DNA of 63,101 bases, filler included, from Vannella sp. (Eukaryota): assembly GCA_023345925.1 (NCBI GenBank). It is 7 parts of 7 records of this genome, joined end to end, with 100 filler letters (N's around TTAATTAATTAA, not from the genome) between each part and the next. Parts side by side here need not be neighbours in the genome. Positions count along the whole stretch, not along the records: positions 57,372 to 63,101 come from JAJQQN010000807.1; 6 more parts are not named here. One strand, given 5' to 3'. Position numbers and translations under genes: made by a program. Below the pieces are notes generated by a model. It saw only the letters and a list, made by a program, of their open reading frames with translations. It made no database searches and had not been told where the DNA came from. Below are positions 62,001 through 63,101 of the stretch, one piece after another (within the stretch, counting starts at the first letter, position 1; each line of letters opens with the position of its first letter).

Positions 62001-62167
62001 CCTTGTTCCTGGCATCGGGCACCAAGAGCCTCCTTCCGATACTGGGCGTGGACTTCCACGTTGTCATTGGATGAGACGAAAGCAATCTTCGCCCCTTCCT
62101 TTGCATAGAACAGTCCCACTTCTCGTCCCACCGCTGTTTGGGGTCCCACGATGACAACATGCCTCAT
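59084..62167 (-). CDS. SDR-ankyrin-STE20 (MKC/PAK-like) kinase fusion protein, multi-exon
   Basis: In-frame splicing joins the SDR part (VVIVGPQTAVG, YAGTK, YPG) to about 5 ankyrin repeats and a kinase (GRGGFG, VAIKK, HRDLKSAN, DFG, MVGSPFWIPPEMI). Confidence 0.75.
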
Positions 62168-62273
62168 CAGGTCCCAACAGAGAGTACCCTCGTGTGATTG
62201 GTCCAACTTTATTCACTCTGGCCTTCAAAAGAAATGAAATCCTTTGGGATTTAGCTCTAGTTTAGCATTATTA

Positions 62274-62888
62274 ATGGACCTGTTGGAGGAGGACGTTGGG
62301 GGAGAGGCTCCTTTGGTTGGGAATGAGTTGATTGAGACCACAGAGGGTGTTTTAGTGGAGGATGCGGATGCAGGGGAGACTATGTTGGAGGAAGATGGAA
62401 CGATAGAGGCGGAGATGACGTCCCAGAAGCCACAGCCATTGGATTTGCGGCTCTTAAACAAAGTACAAGCTGCTGCTGAGCACCTGGGGACTGAACTTGA
62501 CGCTGTGATGAGCTCAATGACTACCTCTCTCCATAGTGTATGCTGCAGTCATTTGTATCGGACATGGACCTGACCACTGGCGCAGATCTGCGGGTACACC
62601 ACTGGATATCTCGAGAACTTCTGCCAAGGTTCGGAGCAGCTCGGTACAGCCGTATCTGCAAGTGTAGGAGACATGTATGATTTCATTCAGAAGGTCAAAC
62701 TACTCAATGAAGAGCTTGATGGGGTCGACGCTATACATGAGGAGATGTAAGCACTTACTCCCCTTTATCTCCCTCTTACCTCACACTCTCGCAGCAAAGA
62801 CATCAAGAAAGCCTTAGATACACTAGAACTCATCAACCAACGTCTCATTCAACCTCCTGTCCCCAAGCTGGAGCCTTCATCCCAATGA
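62274..62888 (+). CDS. BORCS6: BLOC-1-related complex subunit 6 (lyspersin)-like, 3 exons
   Basis: Acidic N-terminus, then LDLRLLNKVQ...LGTAVSASVGDMYDFIQKV..LNEEL..V..I.EEIKDIKKALDTLE, the coiled-coil pattern of BORCS6. Confidence 0.7.
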
Positions 62889-63101
62889 AGCCTTTTGGAC
62901 ACTTTTTCATGGCCAAGCGGAAGGGGTCGTCTCCTAATTTCAGCCGAGGAGCAGCTATCAGCACGGACAAGACTGAAGCTGAAGGGAACGCGAAGGATAG
63001 GCATGATGAAATATGAACGACAAAAAATGATTGAAAACAAACATTAAAAAAAGGATGTGACAAATGACTCTCGATGTCACAATGAAATACAGAATACTTT
63101 G

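Overview
This is eukaryotic nuclear DNA from a very compact genome with short GT-AG introns (about 45-80 nt). The gene content (CARMIL, an MKC-type STE20 kinase, a LimE-like protein, filamin repeats) suggests a protist, probably an amoebozoan; that placement is inference. The window is seven contigs joined by artificial 100-nt N/TTAATTAATTAA linkers, so adjacency across linkers is meaningless. About 33 genes are recognisable, mostly housekeeping (hemB, CUL1, DPP3, VID27, GBA2, PBDC1, TRMT5, RPS8, MED22, MCAT, TBC1D22, kinesin, PPIL2, BORCS6). The key discovery is invisible in the ORF track. The apparently non-coding stretch 33033-34798 is the 5' part of a 28-exon gene in which 25 phase-0 micro-exons (23 of them a single 3-nt codon) encode the two binding loops of an ankyrin module fused to a degenerate Rab1-like GTPase. 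It is a candidate splicing-based diversity generator with up to 2^25 exon combinations. Other notable items: an intronless GREB1-like circularly permuted SF2 helicase-glycosyltransferase with intact-looking motifs; a six-repeat helical protein with a C-terminal PD-(D/E)XK nuclease, whose 3' end is duplicated on the far side of the micro-exon gene; an SDR-ankyrin-STE20 kinase fusion; and a quasi-palindromic junction between two bacterial-type AT3-SGNH acyltransferase paralogs.
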